Shown piece after piece: positions 1 to 12,342 of a stretch of DNA of 64,000 nucleotides (position 1 is its first letter; the number at the start of each line of letters is the position of its first letter). Both the position numbers and the translations under genes were made by a program. The DNA lies in the NCBI GenBank assembly GCA_039621445.1, contig CP154954.1:36751703-36815702 (forward strand). Reading direction: 5' to 3'. This DNA is from Euglena gracilis (Eukaryota). The notes under the pieces are model-generated. The model had not been told where the DNA came from, ran no database searches, and saw nothing but the letters and a program-made list of their open reading frames with translations.

Positions 1-1600
1 GGCCAGGGCCCTGGGCCTGGCATACCGGCAGACCGCGGCCAAGGGGTACGGGGGACCCCCTTGGCCTTCCGCCACAAGAAGGGCCGGTTGGGAGCGGGGC
101 CGTAGGGGGGGGTGAGGGGGGCCGCCGTAGCCGGGATTCCCAACCGGCCCTTCGCTTGTCGCCTGACTGCCCCGCCTGGCGGGGGCTGTCACACAGGAGG
201 GCCCCGGGGGGGAAGGGGTTGGGGGTTGGGCACGCGGGGGAGGAATGACAGCTCCCAGGATCGCCTCAGCCGCCACCCAACCGTCCCTCCCTCCCTCCCT
301 CCTCGATTACAACAACATCGGCACCTTCACCAACACCATCTTTTTTATTTGCCGTGCCCGGGGTGTCATTTCGGGGTATCTGTTTGTGCAGGCAGGTGGA
401 GCAAGAAGAATTGGGTTTGCAATGAGTTGAGTGGGGTGTTTTGAAGGGTTTTGTGAGGCACGGTGGTCATAGGGCCTGTTCATTGGTTTGAAAAAAAAAA
501 CAATGTGAAGTCAATCTTGAGCTTGTGGGCAAATGACAGGGTATTTCTTTGGGAGTTTTGAATGACAATTTAGTGTTGCTTTGTTCCATGTGTTTTTCCC
601 CATGGTGTTCCCCTCTCTTTGATCTGAGAGCCCTGGGCACCTCCCGTCATATGGTGGCAGGATTAAAAGGGCTATGGTGATGGGCCATTGGTTTTCATTT
701 TTGTGCAATTATTCCATCAACCTTACGGCATCAAACGACATCCACTGCTGTGCTGTGAAAGGGGGGTGGGCAGGAGAAAGGGGGGGGTGGGTTTGGGAAA
801 GAGGATGTTATGGTGCAATTCACCATGAACTCTTTGTATGTCCAGTGTGGTCAAGGTGACATTTTCATGGTTCACCTGTGAGCACCAAAATTTTTCATGG
901 CTACCAGTGGTGACACCCAAAAGCACTTTGTGGCTCACAACCCTGATTTTGTGGGACAATTTTGTGCTTTTTCAAAATTTTTGTGGATGACATTGCAATT
1001 TGCCATTATTCAGCAGCAGCGGGAGTCGTTTGTGGCCATCATTTTTTTGGTTGCTTCTGTTGTTGACTCAGTTGTTATTTTATTTTACTTTCTTTGAATT
1101 ATTTGAAAATATATGTGGTATTTTTATATTCAGTTGATCATTATGATGACAGTTTTTTGATTCGATTGTTTGCCACAAGTTGTATTTTATGAAGATTGGT
1201 TGTTCAACATGCTTTGTAGCTAGCTGGCTCTCTTGGATTATTTTGGGCATATTGTCTGTTTGCTTTCATGAGAACTTTGGTCTTTGACATTTGCATTTTT
1301 CCATGTGGTGATTTTTTTCCCACTCCATTGGGTCGGCCTTTCACAACGTGGCCCTACCACAACCCAACACCTCCAAATCCAGTGCCCCGTGGCACTGCGC
1401 ACAAATCCATGGTTGGTTTGCAGCTCCCCTTCCCCTTTTTTTTGCCATCTTTGTGGAGTGACCCGCACGCTGGCACACGCATGCACACCCAGGTCGGGGT
1501 AGCAAACCATGGTAGTCATCGCATCGATCATGGTACTCGACACCTCTCTCTCTGTCCCTGTCTCCGTCTCTGTCTTGCGCCTTGTTCCCGCCTCACGCAG

Positions 1601-1791
1601 TCTGCGCTGCCCCCCACCCCCCATATGTCTTTGGCTTGCGGCGCACGACCAGGGGACACTGAAGACGCTGCGGCCGGCGGCGGCGGCGGTCTGCGCGGCG
1701 GGTGCGGGTGCGGGTGCGGGCAGCGCCCCCAGTCCCCGGCTACTCCCCAGCCCCCGCAACGCCAACGACCATTGGCCGGCCTGTCCGTCAG
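1601..1791 (+). other. Candidate isolated exon, low-complexity G/A/P-rich
   Basis: Pyrimidine tract 1541-1600 ending in cacgcag, alternative acceptor ccag at 1649-1652, donor-like CAG|GTAC at 1791/1792. CpG-rich and not repeated in the window. One frame reads GDTEDAAAGGGGGLRGG...PQSPATPQPPQR. No recognisable domain. Confidence 0.25.
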
Positions 1792-1959
1792 GTACCTTGT
1801 GCATTGAACGCAAGGCCGCCTGGCATTACCCCACCCACAGGGAGCAGGCTTCTGCTCAAGGGTTCGCAGCCTCCGGGGGGATATTCAAGTTGCAATTTGC
1901 TTTTCGCATCATCCAAAGATTTGTGATTTTGCATTTTTTGCATATGGTTCATTTCTTGA

Positions 1960-2433
1960 TACGTGCCCCCCCCCCCCCGGGCAATTGACGCCCCCGGGCA
2001 ATTGTCACCCCTGGCTGTGCCGGCCAATTTGTCACCCCAGGAAATTGTCACCCCCCTCCGATTTGTCACCCCCCCCCACGGAAGATGTTTGTGAATTTTC
2101 TTTTCGCTGACACAACTCGATTGAACCTCTATTTCGCTACCACGTGCTGAGAAATGTCACACACCAAATGCTATGCACAATATCGCAACCATAGCTGCAT
2201 TTTTACATGTTCATTGGTGTTTCAGATGGTGTTCTTGGTCATTTGGATTTAATGTGGCCCACATGGGTGGGCAATTGACGCCCCCGGGCAATTGACACCC
2301 CCGGGCAATTGACGCCCCCGGGCAATTGTTACCCCCCTCTGTGCCGGCCAAATTGTCACCCCGGGAAATTGTCAATCCCCCTCCGTGCTGCCCGATTTGT
2401 CGCGCGACAATTGCCTGCGGGGGGGGGCGGGTA
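1960..2433. mobile_element. TA-flanked MITE (Tc1/mariner/pogo-like ends)
   Basis: Left end TACGTG(C)nGGGCAATTG; right end CAATTGCCTGC(G)nCGGGTA (imperfect TIR). Subterminal ~17-19-bp repeats cccccgggcaattg(acg/tca) near both ends. Confidence 0.55.
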
Positions 2434-4129
2434 ATATAAAATTTGCAAATCGTCTTTTTTTTGCATTTTTGGAGATGCTTTTTTTGCTGATATTTTTTGG
2501 GGCAACAATGCACAGGCAAATTGCTTCATCACCAGACAACAGAAAGTTGTACATACATTTCTTGGCATTTTTACTGTTCCCCCCCCTTTTCGGGCATTTT
2601 TTTTGAAGGCACTTTTTTCCCAGCTCTAATGCGTTTTGTCAGAGAAGAGTGCAAATAATTGTCCAAAAATGTTCCATGTTCCATAACAAACACTGCTGCA
2701 AAGTGCAAAAGGATTCATTTGAAAAGGCCAACAATTTTCTGTCTTCTCCAGCAGAAAAGTGCACAGTACAGGGTGCTATTCACATTTTTTTGCATTTTTT
2801 TGCATTTTTTGGCCTTCACATATCCTGAGGCACCTTGGTGCATGTCCCCCCTGGTCTGTGGCCTACATTCTGGAATGGAGGCCTCTCATTTGTCCCCTCC
2901 CCCTGGTTGGGTTCGTCCACCCCGCCGTTTCATTAGTTAATCCTCCTTTTCAGGTCGGCCTCTCGCAACGCTGGCGGCCACAGCACCCCGCCACCAACCC
3001 AGCACCCCGAGGATCCAGAAAAAAAATGGTGTTGGGCACATTGGTCGGTGATGGCACAGGCATAGCGTTTTGCGCCATCATTTGCACGTGCGCACACAGA
3101 CGCACACATATTCTGGTTCTGAGAACATTTGCGCGTTCAGAAATCACTCTTCACACTCCCGGCACCAGTGTTTGTTTGCCTGGTTTGTGGTGAGCGGGGG
3201 GCAGTGGGCTGAAGTGGCGGGGCAGTGGCAGCAGCAGCGGCAGCGGCAGCAGTCCCATCGCCTGCAAAGCTGGCGATCCCGCGAAGCTCGCGCAAAGAAT
3301 GGGGTAGAATTGCCTCTCCAGCTTCCAGGGATCCAGTTCGGTTGGGTGTTTTGCGTGCGTCACAGAGGGGTAAGCACGAAGGTGTGATGACAGGCAAGTT
3401 TTTTTTTTTGACACCGACAGGCGGCGAAAATTGGTGAAAGTGGCGTGGAAGGAATGGGTTTGCGAAATCCCGCCAAAGTAATAATTTGGCGGCTTCTTCC
3501 AAAAATGGTATTTTGCCACTGTTTTGGGAGGAAATCACCAAATTTTTCCTTGCACAATTTTTTCAAATTTTTTTTCGAGCACCATCCCCCCCACCCCTGG
3601 CACTGCCTCCCATCACCCCCGACACCATGTGCAACTTTTTAATTTCTGCATTTTTTCTTTTGTTTGCTTTCATATCTTTGTTTTCCTGACACTGTTTGTT
3701 TTCCCCCAAATTTTTGGCACTGACGTTCCAGCGTTTTCCAGAGTTTCAGCCTGGGGTTTTTTTTGCGATTTTTGCCAGGGTGCCAATGGGCCCACATACT
3801 GCCACCACCAGACGTATGATGTCCCGGCCAGGCACTTCTAACCTTTTGGCCCAAGGTGGCTGGAAACCTCAGTTGTAGTTGTAGGACCAAGGCAGGTGGC
3901 AAGTCCAGCGTCGCCGAAGCAAGCAAGTGGCTGCTGGCGCGGCCGCTGTCGTGGCCGAAGCAAGCAAATGCAAGCAAGCAAAAAAAAAAAAAATGGCCGC
4001 AGGCGCGTCCGAAGGAAGCAAATGGCCGCCGGCGCAGCCAAACCGAGCAAGCAGGCTGCCAAAGCCACAAGCCACAAGCCACGCAACCAACGCAATTGCC
4101 CTCCTTGGTGAGCAGGTTTAAACGGCTGG

Positions 4130-4835
4130 TGAACAAATGGCTGCCGGAGCCAAAGCAAGCAAATGGCGGGTGCAGCCGAAGCAAGCAAATGGCCGCCGGC
4201 GTGGCCGAAGCAAGCAAATGGCCGCTGGCGTGGCCGAAGCAAGCAAATGGCCGGTGGCGTGGCCGAAGCAAGCAAATGGCCGCCGGCGTGGCCAAAGCAA
4301 GCAAATGGCCGCCGGCGTGGCCGAAGCAAGCAAATGGCCGCCGGCGTGGCCGAAGCAAGCAAATGGCTGCTGGCGTGGCCGAAGCAAGCAAATGGCCGCC
4401 GGCGTGGCCGAAGCAAGCAAATGGCCGCCGGCGTGGCCGAAGCAAGCAAATGGCCGCCGGCGTGGCCGAAGCAAGCAAATGGCTGCGAGTGCGGCCGAAG
4501 CAAGCAAATGGCTGCTGGTGTGACCGAAGCAAGCAAATGGCCGCCGGCGTGGCCGAAGCAAGCAAATGGCCGCCGGCGTGGCCGAAGCAAGCAAATGGCC
4601 GCCGGCGTGGCCGAAGCAAGCAAATGGCCGCCGGCGTGGCCGAAGCAAGCAAATGGCTGCCGGCGTGGCCGAAGCAAGCAAATGGCCGCTGGTGCGGCAA
4701 ATGGCTGCGAGTGCGGCCAAAGCGAGCAACTGGCTGCCGGCGCGGCCGAAGCAAGCAAATGGCCGCTGGTGCGGCAAATGGCTGCTAGTGCGGCCGAAGC
4801 GAGTAAATGGCTTCCGGCGTGGCCGAAGCGAGCAA
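4130..4835. repeat. 29-bp minisatellite (GGCCGAAGCAAGCAAATGGCCGCCGGCGT)n
   Basis: More than 20 near-identical tandem units, with degenerate units from ~3910. Explains the long repetitive ORFs in all frames. Confidence 0.97.
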
Positions 4836-5751
4836 GCAGGTTGCCAAAGCGCAGCAGCCACAAGCCACGCAACCAAAGCAATTGCTCTCCTCGGAGAGCA
4901 GGTTCAAACGGGTGGTGAACAAATTTCAGGGCAGGTTACAAGTGCCTGCCCAGCAGTTGCATTGTGCGACGGCCCCGACCCATCCTGATAACCCTGCTGA
5001 TGTTTGGTGGTGGTCAGTGTTGGGCCACAACTGGCAGCACTGGTCATGTGGTGGTTTGTGTGTTGCCTGCTTTTTTTTCCGGAGCAACCGATTCCACCCT
5101 GAAGGTTAGAGAGGGAGGTTTGCCAGACGTCATTCACCCCGTTTTGTTGGGGTTTTTGTGCGGCGTTGTGTTCCGTGGGACATCCATCGGGGTCGCCAGG
5201 CGGCAGCGGCGCCACCGCCGGCTGCCGCAGCGGCCGAAGCGGGCCCCGGCCGCAGGGCCCCCCCGACCCCGTAGCTCGGGGCACCGCGCGTCGGGACGTC
5301 GCTGGCTGCAGCGCAGCGCAGCGCGTGAAGGAGCCCGCGTGCCCATGGCGTTGCCCCCGCACGCCTGAAGACCTGAAGGTGTGGCGCTGCCCAAAAGTCG
5401 GTGCAGTGCCTGCATCCATCTAACCCCAGGGTGCCAAGTGATTGTTTGGTTTTGCACAGTGGCAGTCGTCCCCAACCCCCTTTCGGGGTGAAAGGGGGGG
5501 GGTCCGGAAACCCTTCTCAAAATTACCAGAAAGTTTTCTTCCCCGGCGAGAGATGTATGTCGTTATCGTCTTTTTGGGGGGGTTTCGGGGTCAAAAAATC
5601 GATTTTTGGGCATATTTTTGTCAGTTTTTTTTAAAAATTTTTTTGCAATTTCAAAATCACAAAAAAATTGATTTTTTTGATCCTCGGCTCGAGCACTGCC
5701 ACTGCTTTAACCTAGCTCCAGCCCAGGACTCCTTTTACCTGTTTCTCTCAG

Positions 5752-5833
5752 GCAGTGTGGAAGCAATCGTGTCCTTCAACAGATCCTGGAGGCCCTGGTC
5801 TTCATCCGTTCCATCCATTCTCCCAAGACACAG
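5752..5833 (+). pseudogene. Kinase-like exon fragment, degenerate copy
   Basis: After tttctctcag, one frame reads RVLQQILEALVFIRSIHSPKTQ. Paralog of 44771-44857. Confidence 0.3.
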
Positions 5834-5979
5834 GCATGCCCCCCTTCGGCTGCATGGTTTTTTTTTCTGCACAGGTCTCTTTCCATTTTGGGATTTACAG
5901 CTGATATCTCTGTCGGAGACGCTGCAACGCCGTGAATAATTAACACCGCTGCACATGATCATTAAATCTACCCCCCCCA

Positions 5980-6381
5980 TACCTCCCCCCCCCCCTTGTC
6001 TAAGCACCACCCTTGTCTAAGCACCACCCCCCCGGTTCTTACCCATCTTTTTAAAGGTCATCGTCACGGAGAGGTTTATTTTGTGTGCATTTTTAAGGGA
6101 AATTTCTCAAAAATTTCGAAATTTATGCAACTTCTGAGACCTGATTTGGTGAGGTATTGTTGATTTCTGCATCCAAATGCGTGTAAGTTCAAAAGTGGGC
6201 CTCCAAAATAAGGGGAATTTTTCCTTTTCGGCGCGAAGCGCCGGATTTTTTTTGCATTCAAAATTTTCCCCCTTGTCTAAGCACCACCCCCCTGGTTCTT
6301 ACCCATATTTTGGCAAAATAGGCACCACCCCCCCGGTTCTTACCCATCTTTTCCGGTGCTTAGACAAGGGGGGGGGAGGTA
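5980..6381. mobile_element. TA-flanked MITE (Tc1/mariner/pogo-like)
   Basis: TIR TACCT(C)nTTGTCTAAGCACC ... GGTGCTTAGACAA(G)nAGGTA. The paralogous locus near 45000 (ctgccccc-ta-tcttatac) lacks it, giving an empty site consistent with a TA duplication. Confidence 0.9.
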
Positions 6382-6911
6382 CTTATACCCCCCCTTGGGC
6401 CACAGCAATTGCAGGAACCCCAAAACTGTCACGGCCCGTGGTTTGTTTTTTTTAACGTTTTATTGACATGCAATCTCTAAGGATTGTTATGTGGAGTCAC
6501 AGCAACGTGAGAAATGCGCAGAGATATGTATTTTTCGAAATTCATGCGCCCACGCCCCGATTTACACCGAAAATTGCCAAATTTTTGCAAAATTTCGCTA
6601 TTCGGGGGTGTTTACCAGCAGCGGTTCTGACGATAAAGGGGTTTCTGGGGGCGGGAAACCAAGCCGACCTGGTCCCAGGGGGGTGGTCGCACTTTTTGGC
6701 ACACCCCATTTCCTGGCATTGAGGGCAGGCCCTGAAAATGAGAAGTTCGGCTAATCAATCTGGTGCTTTGGCAGTTAATTGATCATCCCTGCCACCCCCT
6801 GGGTGAGGCAGCACCTCTTTCCCAACCGGTTCCTAATTTGGTGTCAAAACCGACTTTCGAGCGCGGGTATTGCGAATTTATGGGAATTTTTTTCATATCT
6901 TGGGTTTGGTG

Positions 6912-7209
6912 TATGCTTGTGCTGACCGACCGGGGGGGGGGAGGGGGGGTGGGTGCTATAGGGTGCCTGCCCCTAGCAGGCACATCCCCCCTGGGGGTGG
7001 TAGGGGTTCGGGGGGGGGGGCAAGAAAATTTTCATTGAAAATGGCCTTTTCCAGGCCCCGGCGCCTTCGTTGCCGGGATTGGAGGGGGGTGCCTGCTATG
7101 GGCAGGCACCCCCCAAAACCCTATCCCCGGGGGGGGGGTCGGATCGGGTGCTATGGGGTGCCTACCCCCCCCCCTCCGTTGGGTAGGCACCCGACTCAGC
7201 ACAAGCCTG
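6912..7209. mobile_element. hAT-like MITE (CAGGCTTGTGCT family)
   Basis: Ends tatgcttgtgctg / cagcacaagcctg. Flanks gtttggtg / gttcggtg (7/8). Empty site tgggttcggtgaat at ~8900. Inverted relative at 54085-54333. Confidence 0.85.
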
Positions 7210-7845
7210 GTTCGGTGAATTTGGCAACGGAAAATGTGGTGTTCCCCCGTGACCCGAACCACCCCCTGTGCATGTGACGCTTCCTTCCGCACCTTCTGCA
7301 GATTCAATTGCAAGAAATGAAAATTCATTGAGATTGCAATCACCACGCTTTGGATGGAACCTGACTTTGAAACAATTTGGAAGATTTGGATGATGGATGA
7401 TTATGAAGGTGATGTCTCTCAAAATGACAGTATCAAAAGTGTACTTGATTCAGGAAAGGAAAGCACGAGGTTTGCCGAAAATTGAAAACAACAGCCAATT
7501 TTGTTTGTAACGGGTTTTTTTGAACCCCGTTTTATTATGGGGTTCATTATTTTTGCCAATCGATGGGAATCAAAATCTTGTGAAATGTGACACAAAGCTG
7601 TTGAAACAGCCCTCGGTGGGGACAATTGGAAAAGGTGTTAGGTGATGCAAAATGAAAGCGGCAAATCGGTGAACTGGATGACATACTGGATCATTTTTGA
7701 AGTGAGATTGAGGCAAGCGTTCCAGGAAAAGCCGCCCGAAATTTGCACCGAAAAATTGCCAGAATTTCGTCATTCGGGGAGTGTTGAGCAGGAGTTGTTC
7801 CGGTGATAATCGGGTTTCTGGGCCCAGGAACCCAGCTGACCTGGT

Positions 7846-8341
7846 GGCATTTGTCTGTTAGTCGATCCACGGCAGTGCATCAAGTCTGTTAGTCGATCCT
7901 CACCAATTACGGTTAGGAATCCGCCAATGATGACGTGCCCACTGTGGTGGGATTGACATACCCACAGGGTTCGGGTTAGGGTTAGGGATTGGGTTAGGGT
8001 TGGGTTGGGATTATGGTTTAGGGATACGGTTTAGATAGGGTTAGGGATAGGGTTAGGGACAGGGTTAGGGTTAGGGATAGTGACAGAGTTAGAGTTAGAG
8101 TTAGGTGAACGGTTAGGGATAGAGTCAGGGATAAGGTTAGGGTTGTTTAGGGTTAGGGATAGGGTCAGGGATAAGGTTGGGGTTGGTACTCGCAGCTCCA
8201 CAAATTCTCTTGACCCTGTGTTGACACCAGCCGTATCTTCTGACCCTGTTTTGTGTTTCCCTGTCCATCAGTGACCCAAAGTCGGCCAAAAATGGTGTGG
8301 ATCGACCTGTTTTGCCGTGGATCGACTAACAGACAAGTACC
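7846..8341. mobile_element. Merlin-like MITE carrying a degenerate TTAGGG tract
   Basis: TIR GG(C/T)A(T/C)TTGTCTGTTAGTCGATCCACGGCA. Perfect 8-bp TSD GACCTGGT (7838-7845 / 8342-8349). GG termini plus 8-bp TSD fit the Merlin/IS1016 group. Confidence 0.8.
7966..8185 (+). repeat. Degenerate interstitial telomere-like repeat (TTAGGG/ATAGGG/TCAGGG)
   Basis: 6-bp periodic gggtta/gggata units inside the MITE at 7846-8341. Confidence 0.9.
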
Positions 8342-11193
8342 GACCTGGTCCGGGAGGCTGGTCGCACTTATTAGCAACCCCTTTTCTGGCCGTTGATGCA
8401 ATCTGGCCCTGAAAATCACGCCCCCACGCCCCGATTAAGACCCCAAAATTGTCAAATTCCTGCATTCGGGGGGTTGAGCAGTTGTATTCCCCCCCCCCCC
8501 CGAATGGCAGAATTTTGACATTTTTTGGGCGTTAGTCGGGGCGTGGTGTGTGCCAAAATGTGCCACCTGCCCCCGGGACCAGGTCAGCTGGGTTCCCCAC
8601 CCCCCAAAAACCCCATTAATACCAGAACCCCTGCTGCTCCCGGGGACAGACAGGTGGCACTTTCTGGCACCCCCCAATTCTTGGGATTGTGGCAACCTTG
8701 CCCCAAAAATGAGATGTCTGGTAAATCAATCTGGGACCCCCAGTTAATCGCGGTTATTCGCTTGGTCCCTGCTTTGGCGGGAAATTGATCATTCCTGCCA
8801 CCCCTTTGGTGGAGCAGCACATCTTTCCCAGCCGGTTCCTAATTTGGTTTCAAAACCAACTTTCGAGAGCGGGTATTCCGAATTTATGGGAAAATACCTT
8901 GGGTTCGGTGAATTTGGCAACGGAAAATGTGGTGTTCCCCCGTGACCCGAACCATCCCCTGTGCATGTGACGCTTCCTTACGCACCTTCTGCAGATTCAA
9001 TTGCAAGATATGGCAATGCATTGAGATTGAGCAATTACCACGCTTTGGATGGAACCTGACTTTGAAACGATTTGGAAGATGATAACAAAGATTTGGATGA
9101 TGATTGTTGTAAAGGTGATGTCTCTCACGAGGTCTAAAGTGACAGCATCAAACGTGCATTTGATTCAGCAAGGGAAAGCACGAGGTCAACGGTTGAAAAT
9201 TGTCAAAATTTTGCAATTCGAGGGTTGAGCAGCTGTATCCTCCCCCCGAAATTTTGACAATTTTTGGGTGTTAACCGGGGCATGGGGTGTGCCAAAACAT
9301 GCCTCCAACCCCCGGGACCAGATCAGCTGGGTTCCCCACCCCCCAAAACCCCCATGAATATCAGAACCACTGCTGCTCAACACCCCCTATATAGCAGAAT
9401 TGTCACTTGTCATATAGCAGAATTTGGGTGTTAACAGGGGGGGGCGTGGGGGCGTGATTCCCACCCCCAAAAACCCCAGAATCACCTGAGCCGCTGCTGG
9501 TCACCACCCCACAATCACAAAATTTTGCTTTTTTTTGTGCGATTTGGGACCGTCTGTGCCACCGCCACCCCTCCCCCCCAAACAGTACGGTCAAAACGGC
9601 AGGGTTTTTGGTTCGTGAAGGAACAGGGTTAGGGTTACTGTCAGGGACCCAGTCCGGGGGCTGGTGGCACGTTTTGGCACCCCGCATTTCCTCGCATTCA
9701 ATCTGGCTTTGAAAACCCCCCCCCCCCCCCCCCCCCCCCTCAACAGCTGGAAATTGTCAAAATTTTGCAATTCGGGGGGTTGAGCAGCTGTATCCCCCCC
9801 AAAATTTGACATTTTTTGAATCAATTGGGGCATGGTGTGTGCCAAAACGTCCCACCAGCCCCCGGGACCAGGTCAGCTGGGCTCCCCACCCCCCAAAACC
9901 CCCATGAATATCAGAACCACTGCTGCTCAACCCCCATCATCATTATCATCACACTCACAATGGTTTTATAAAAATAAATTTGCAATAATGCATGTTGGGC
10001 CAGCCCTCATTTGGCGAGGGCTGCAATCCCCACAACACCCACAAGTCGCCTAGCGGTTTGTTAGTTGTTTTTATTTTCTTTGCTTTTAGTTGTTCCCCAC
10101 CCCAAATGCAAACCCCCAAACTTCCCCCCCCCCCCCCCCCCCCGCCCCCGAAGGCTTTTTGTTGAACCCCGGTGCAAACAATTGATTGAGTGAATCCACA
10201 TGAAATGAGGACAATTACCTCTTTTTACCACTTTTTTTAATTGCACCAAAAGCTGCCCCCAGACCAGCAAAGCAAAACCTGCAGGGTTTGAATGGAACTC
10301 CACTCCCTGAATTTCATGGATTCCTTTTAAGACCAGGGGTCGACCCCCCCATCACAGCACCATTGGTGCCACCAGTGCGGAAGGAAATTTTTGACCAAAA
10401 AAATCGGTGCCCTTGAGAAGAATGCTCGACAGGGTTGTGTCCAGTACAACAGTACACCCCCAAATCAACGACTGGGGGGGGGTCTGGACCCTTGCTTTTG
10501 GTGGGGGGGTTTGGGCTGCAGCCTGAGTATCATAATTGAGGGGTGGGTGATTGCCCCGCATTTTCAGGTCGACCTCTCAGCACGCGGGCGGCCACTGCAC
10601 CCTGCTCCCCCGGCAATACAATATGGTCCGGGACAATGCGCGCGCACGTGCAAACATTCTGGGTTACGAGAACATGTGGTCACCATTAAAACAGAAGATC
10701 AGAAATTCAGGTGAACTGAGTTTTTTTATTATTTTTGAATGGTCGTGATTTTCAGGAAAAATTCTGGAAAAAAATGGAATACATGCAAGTATATTAAGTA
10801 TAATAAGAATAATGAATACGTCTTTTGTAGGTATTAATGGGTTAATCTGACAGGAAATCTTTTCATTGCATTCTCCTCTGGCTGGGGACAACTTTGGTCG
10901 GTGTTTTGGTGAGGCATCTGCCAGTTTTTTTTTTCCCTTGGTTGCGGGGGTGAGCAGGGGGTTGGCACTCAGCCCCATCTCCAGTCCACCTCGGAGCCAT
11001 GGTGCTGCTGCTGCTGCCATCGCCAACCGAGCACCCGTTCCCCACCCGCCAACTCAGGGCCCCCTGCTCCCACCCGGCAGCTCACCGGTGCTGGGTTTCC
11101 CTCTTCCAACCCGTGGACGCTTGTACCACACCCCCAGGAGTGTGCACCGAATGTGTGCGATGGACACGTGTGGGGGCATATGATGGTGGAGTG

Positions 11194-11648
11194 CAGGGGG
11201 GGGGAAAATGCGTTTCGCATTTTTTCGCATTTTTGCGCATTTTTTCAAATTTTCCAAAAATGCGCATTTTTGCGCATTTTTTCGCATTTTTTGCGCATTT
11301 TTTCGTTTTTTTTTTGGCGCATTTTTTTGCTTTTTGGCACATTTTTTCGTGATTTTCCAAAAATTTCGCATTTTTTGAGCATTTTTGCAATTTTTTGCAA
11401 AAATTCGAAATTTTCGACTTTTTTTGAAACTTACATTTTCCTCATTATTCTACATAATTTCTTCAAATTTGGTGCCATTTTTGCATGTTTTTTGGTAAAT
11501 TTTGCATTTTCGTGATTTTTGCGCATTTTTTCTCGGATTTTGCACATTTTTGCGCATTTTTTCCAAAAATGCGCATTTTTTGCGCATTTTTTTGCGCATT
11601 TTTGCGCATTTTTTCCGAGGCCGGGCGAGCGCATTTCCCCCCCCCCTG
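11194..11648. mobile_element. hAT-like MITE with internal (TTTTGCGCAT)-type tandem repeats
   Basis: TIR CA(G)nAAAATGCG ... CGCATTT(C)nTG. Flanking direct repeat TGGAGTG (7-8 bp). Interior is 10-12-bp repeats. Confidence 0.85.
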
Positions 11649-12064
11649 TGGAGTGGAATGGAAGCATGCTTTTCCCCCTCCTCAACCCGGCGAACCCGGC
11701 ATGGTATGAGCAGGGGTCACTGAAGGGATCCGGCAGGCGGCAGCGAAGGCACGGGTGGTAGGCGCAGGGCGTGCGCAGGGGCATATGCGAAGCAGCACCT
11801 CTGCACACCTCTCGCCGCAAACCGCTCAGGTGTGCACTGCTGGATTGGCGGGAACACACACGAAGAGAAGTGTCGCGCTTGACTTCAGTCAAAAATGGCA
11901 GGATGGAAACAAGGAAGGCGGTGGAGCGCATGGATTCGAAGTTTCCAAAGGCATTATATTTTGCTTTTCATCCTCACCATGCAATTGTTCGATGTAGGTT
12001 CTTTTTTCATTCGGGGGGCAAGGGGTGACTGGTTTTTTCTGAAACTGGATTGCAGTATGGTGTG

Positions 12065-12342
12065 CAGGCTTCTTTTTAAGTCAGCAGACCCCCCCCCCCC
12101 CCCGGGGGGGGAGGGGGGTGGGTGGGTGGGTCCGGGCCGGACCCCCCCCCCGGGGGGGGTCCCGCGCCGGAGGCGCTGGGTATACCTTTTCGGCGCGAAG
12201 CGCCGAAAATTTTTGAAAATTGCCTTTAACGGGCCCGATTTTGGGTGAGTCCCCGCCCCCCCCCCCTGGGGGTTCCGCGCCACCCTGGGTGGGTGGGGGG
12301 GACCCCCCCCGCCCCCCCCCCGGGGGCTTAAAAAGAAGCCTG
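12065..12342. mobile_element. hAT-like MITE (CAGGCTTCTTTTTAAG family)
   Basis: Perfect 16-bp TIR and perfect 8-bp TSD ATGGTGTG (12057-12064 / 12343-12350). Second copy at 36565-36804. Confidence 0.95.

Larger units (their letters stand above)
3265..6700. repeat. Dispersed composite repeat, copy 1 (contains 29-bp minisatellite and kinase-like exon fragment)
   Basis: Colinear similarity with 41165-45330: gctggcgatcc, tggcgtggaa..gcgaaatcc, the minisatellite, gcctgaagacctgaaggtgtgg, agatcctggaggccctggtcttcatcc, caaaactgtcacggcccgtgg. Boundaries approximate. Confidence 0.8.

Noticed and set aside
295-325. LLDYNNIG resembling a leucine-rich-repeat motif
   Set aside because: Eight residues only, with no second repeat or convincing splice sites.
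10334-10494. Possible MITE caggggtcgaccccccc ... gggggtctggacccttg
   Set aside because: The TIR is weak and dominated by homopolymers, with no matching TSD and no second copy.
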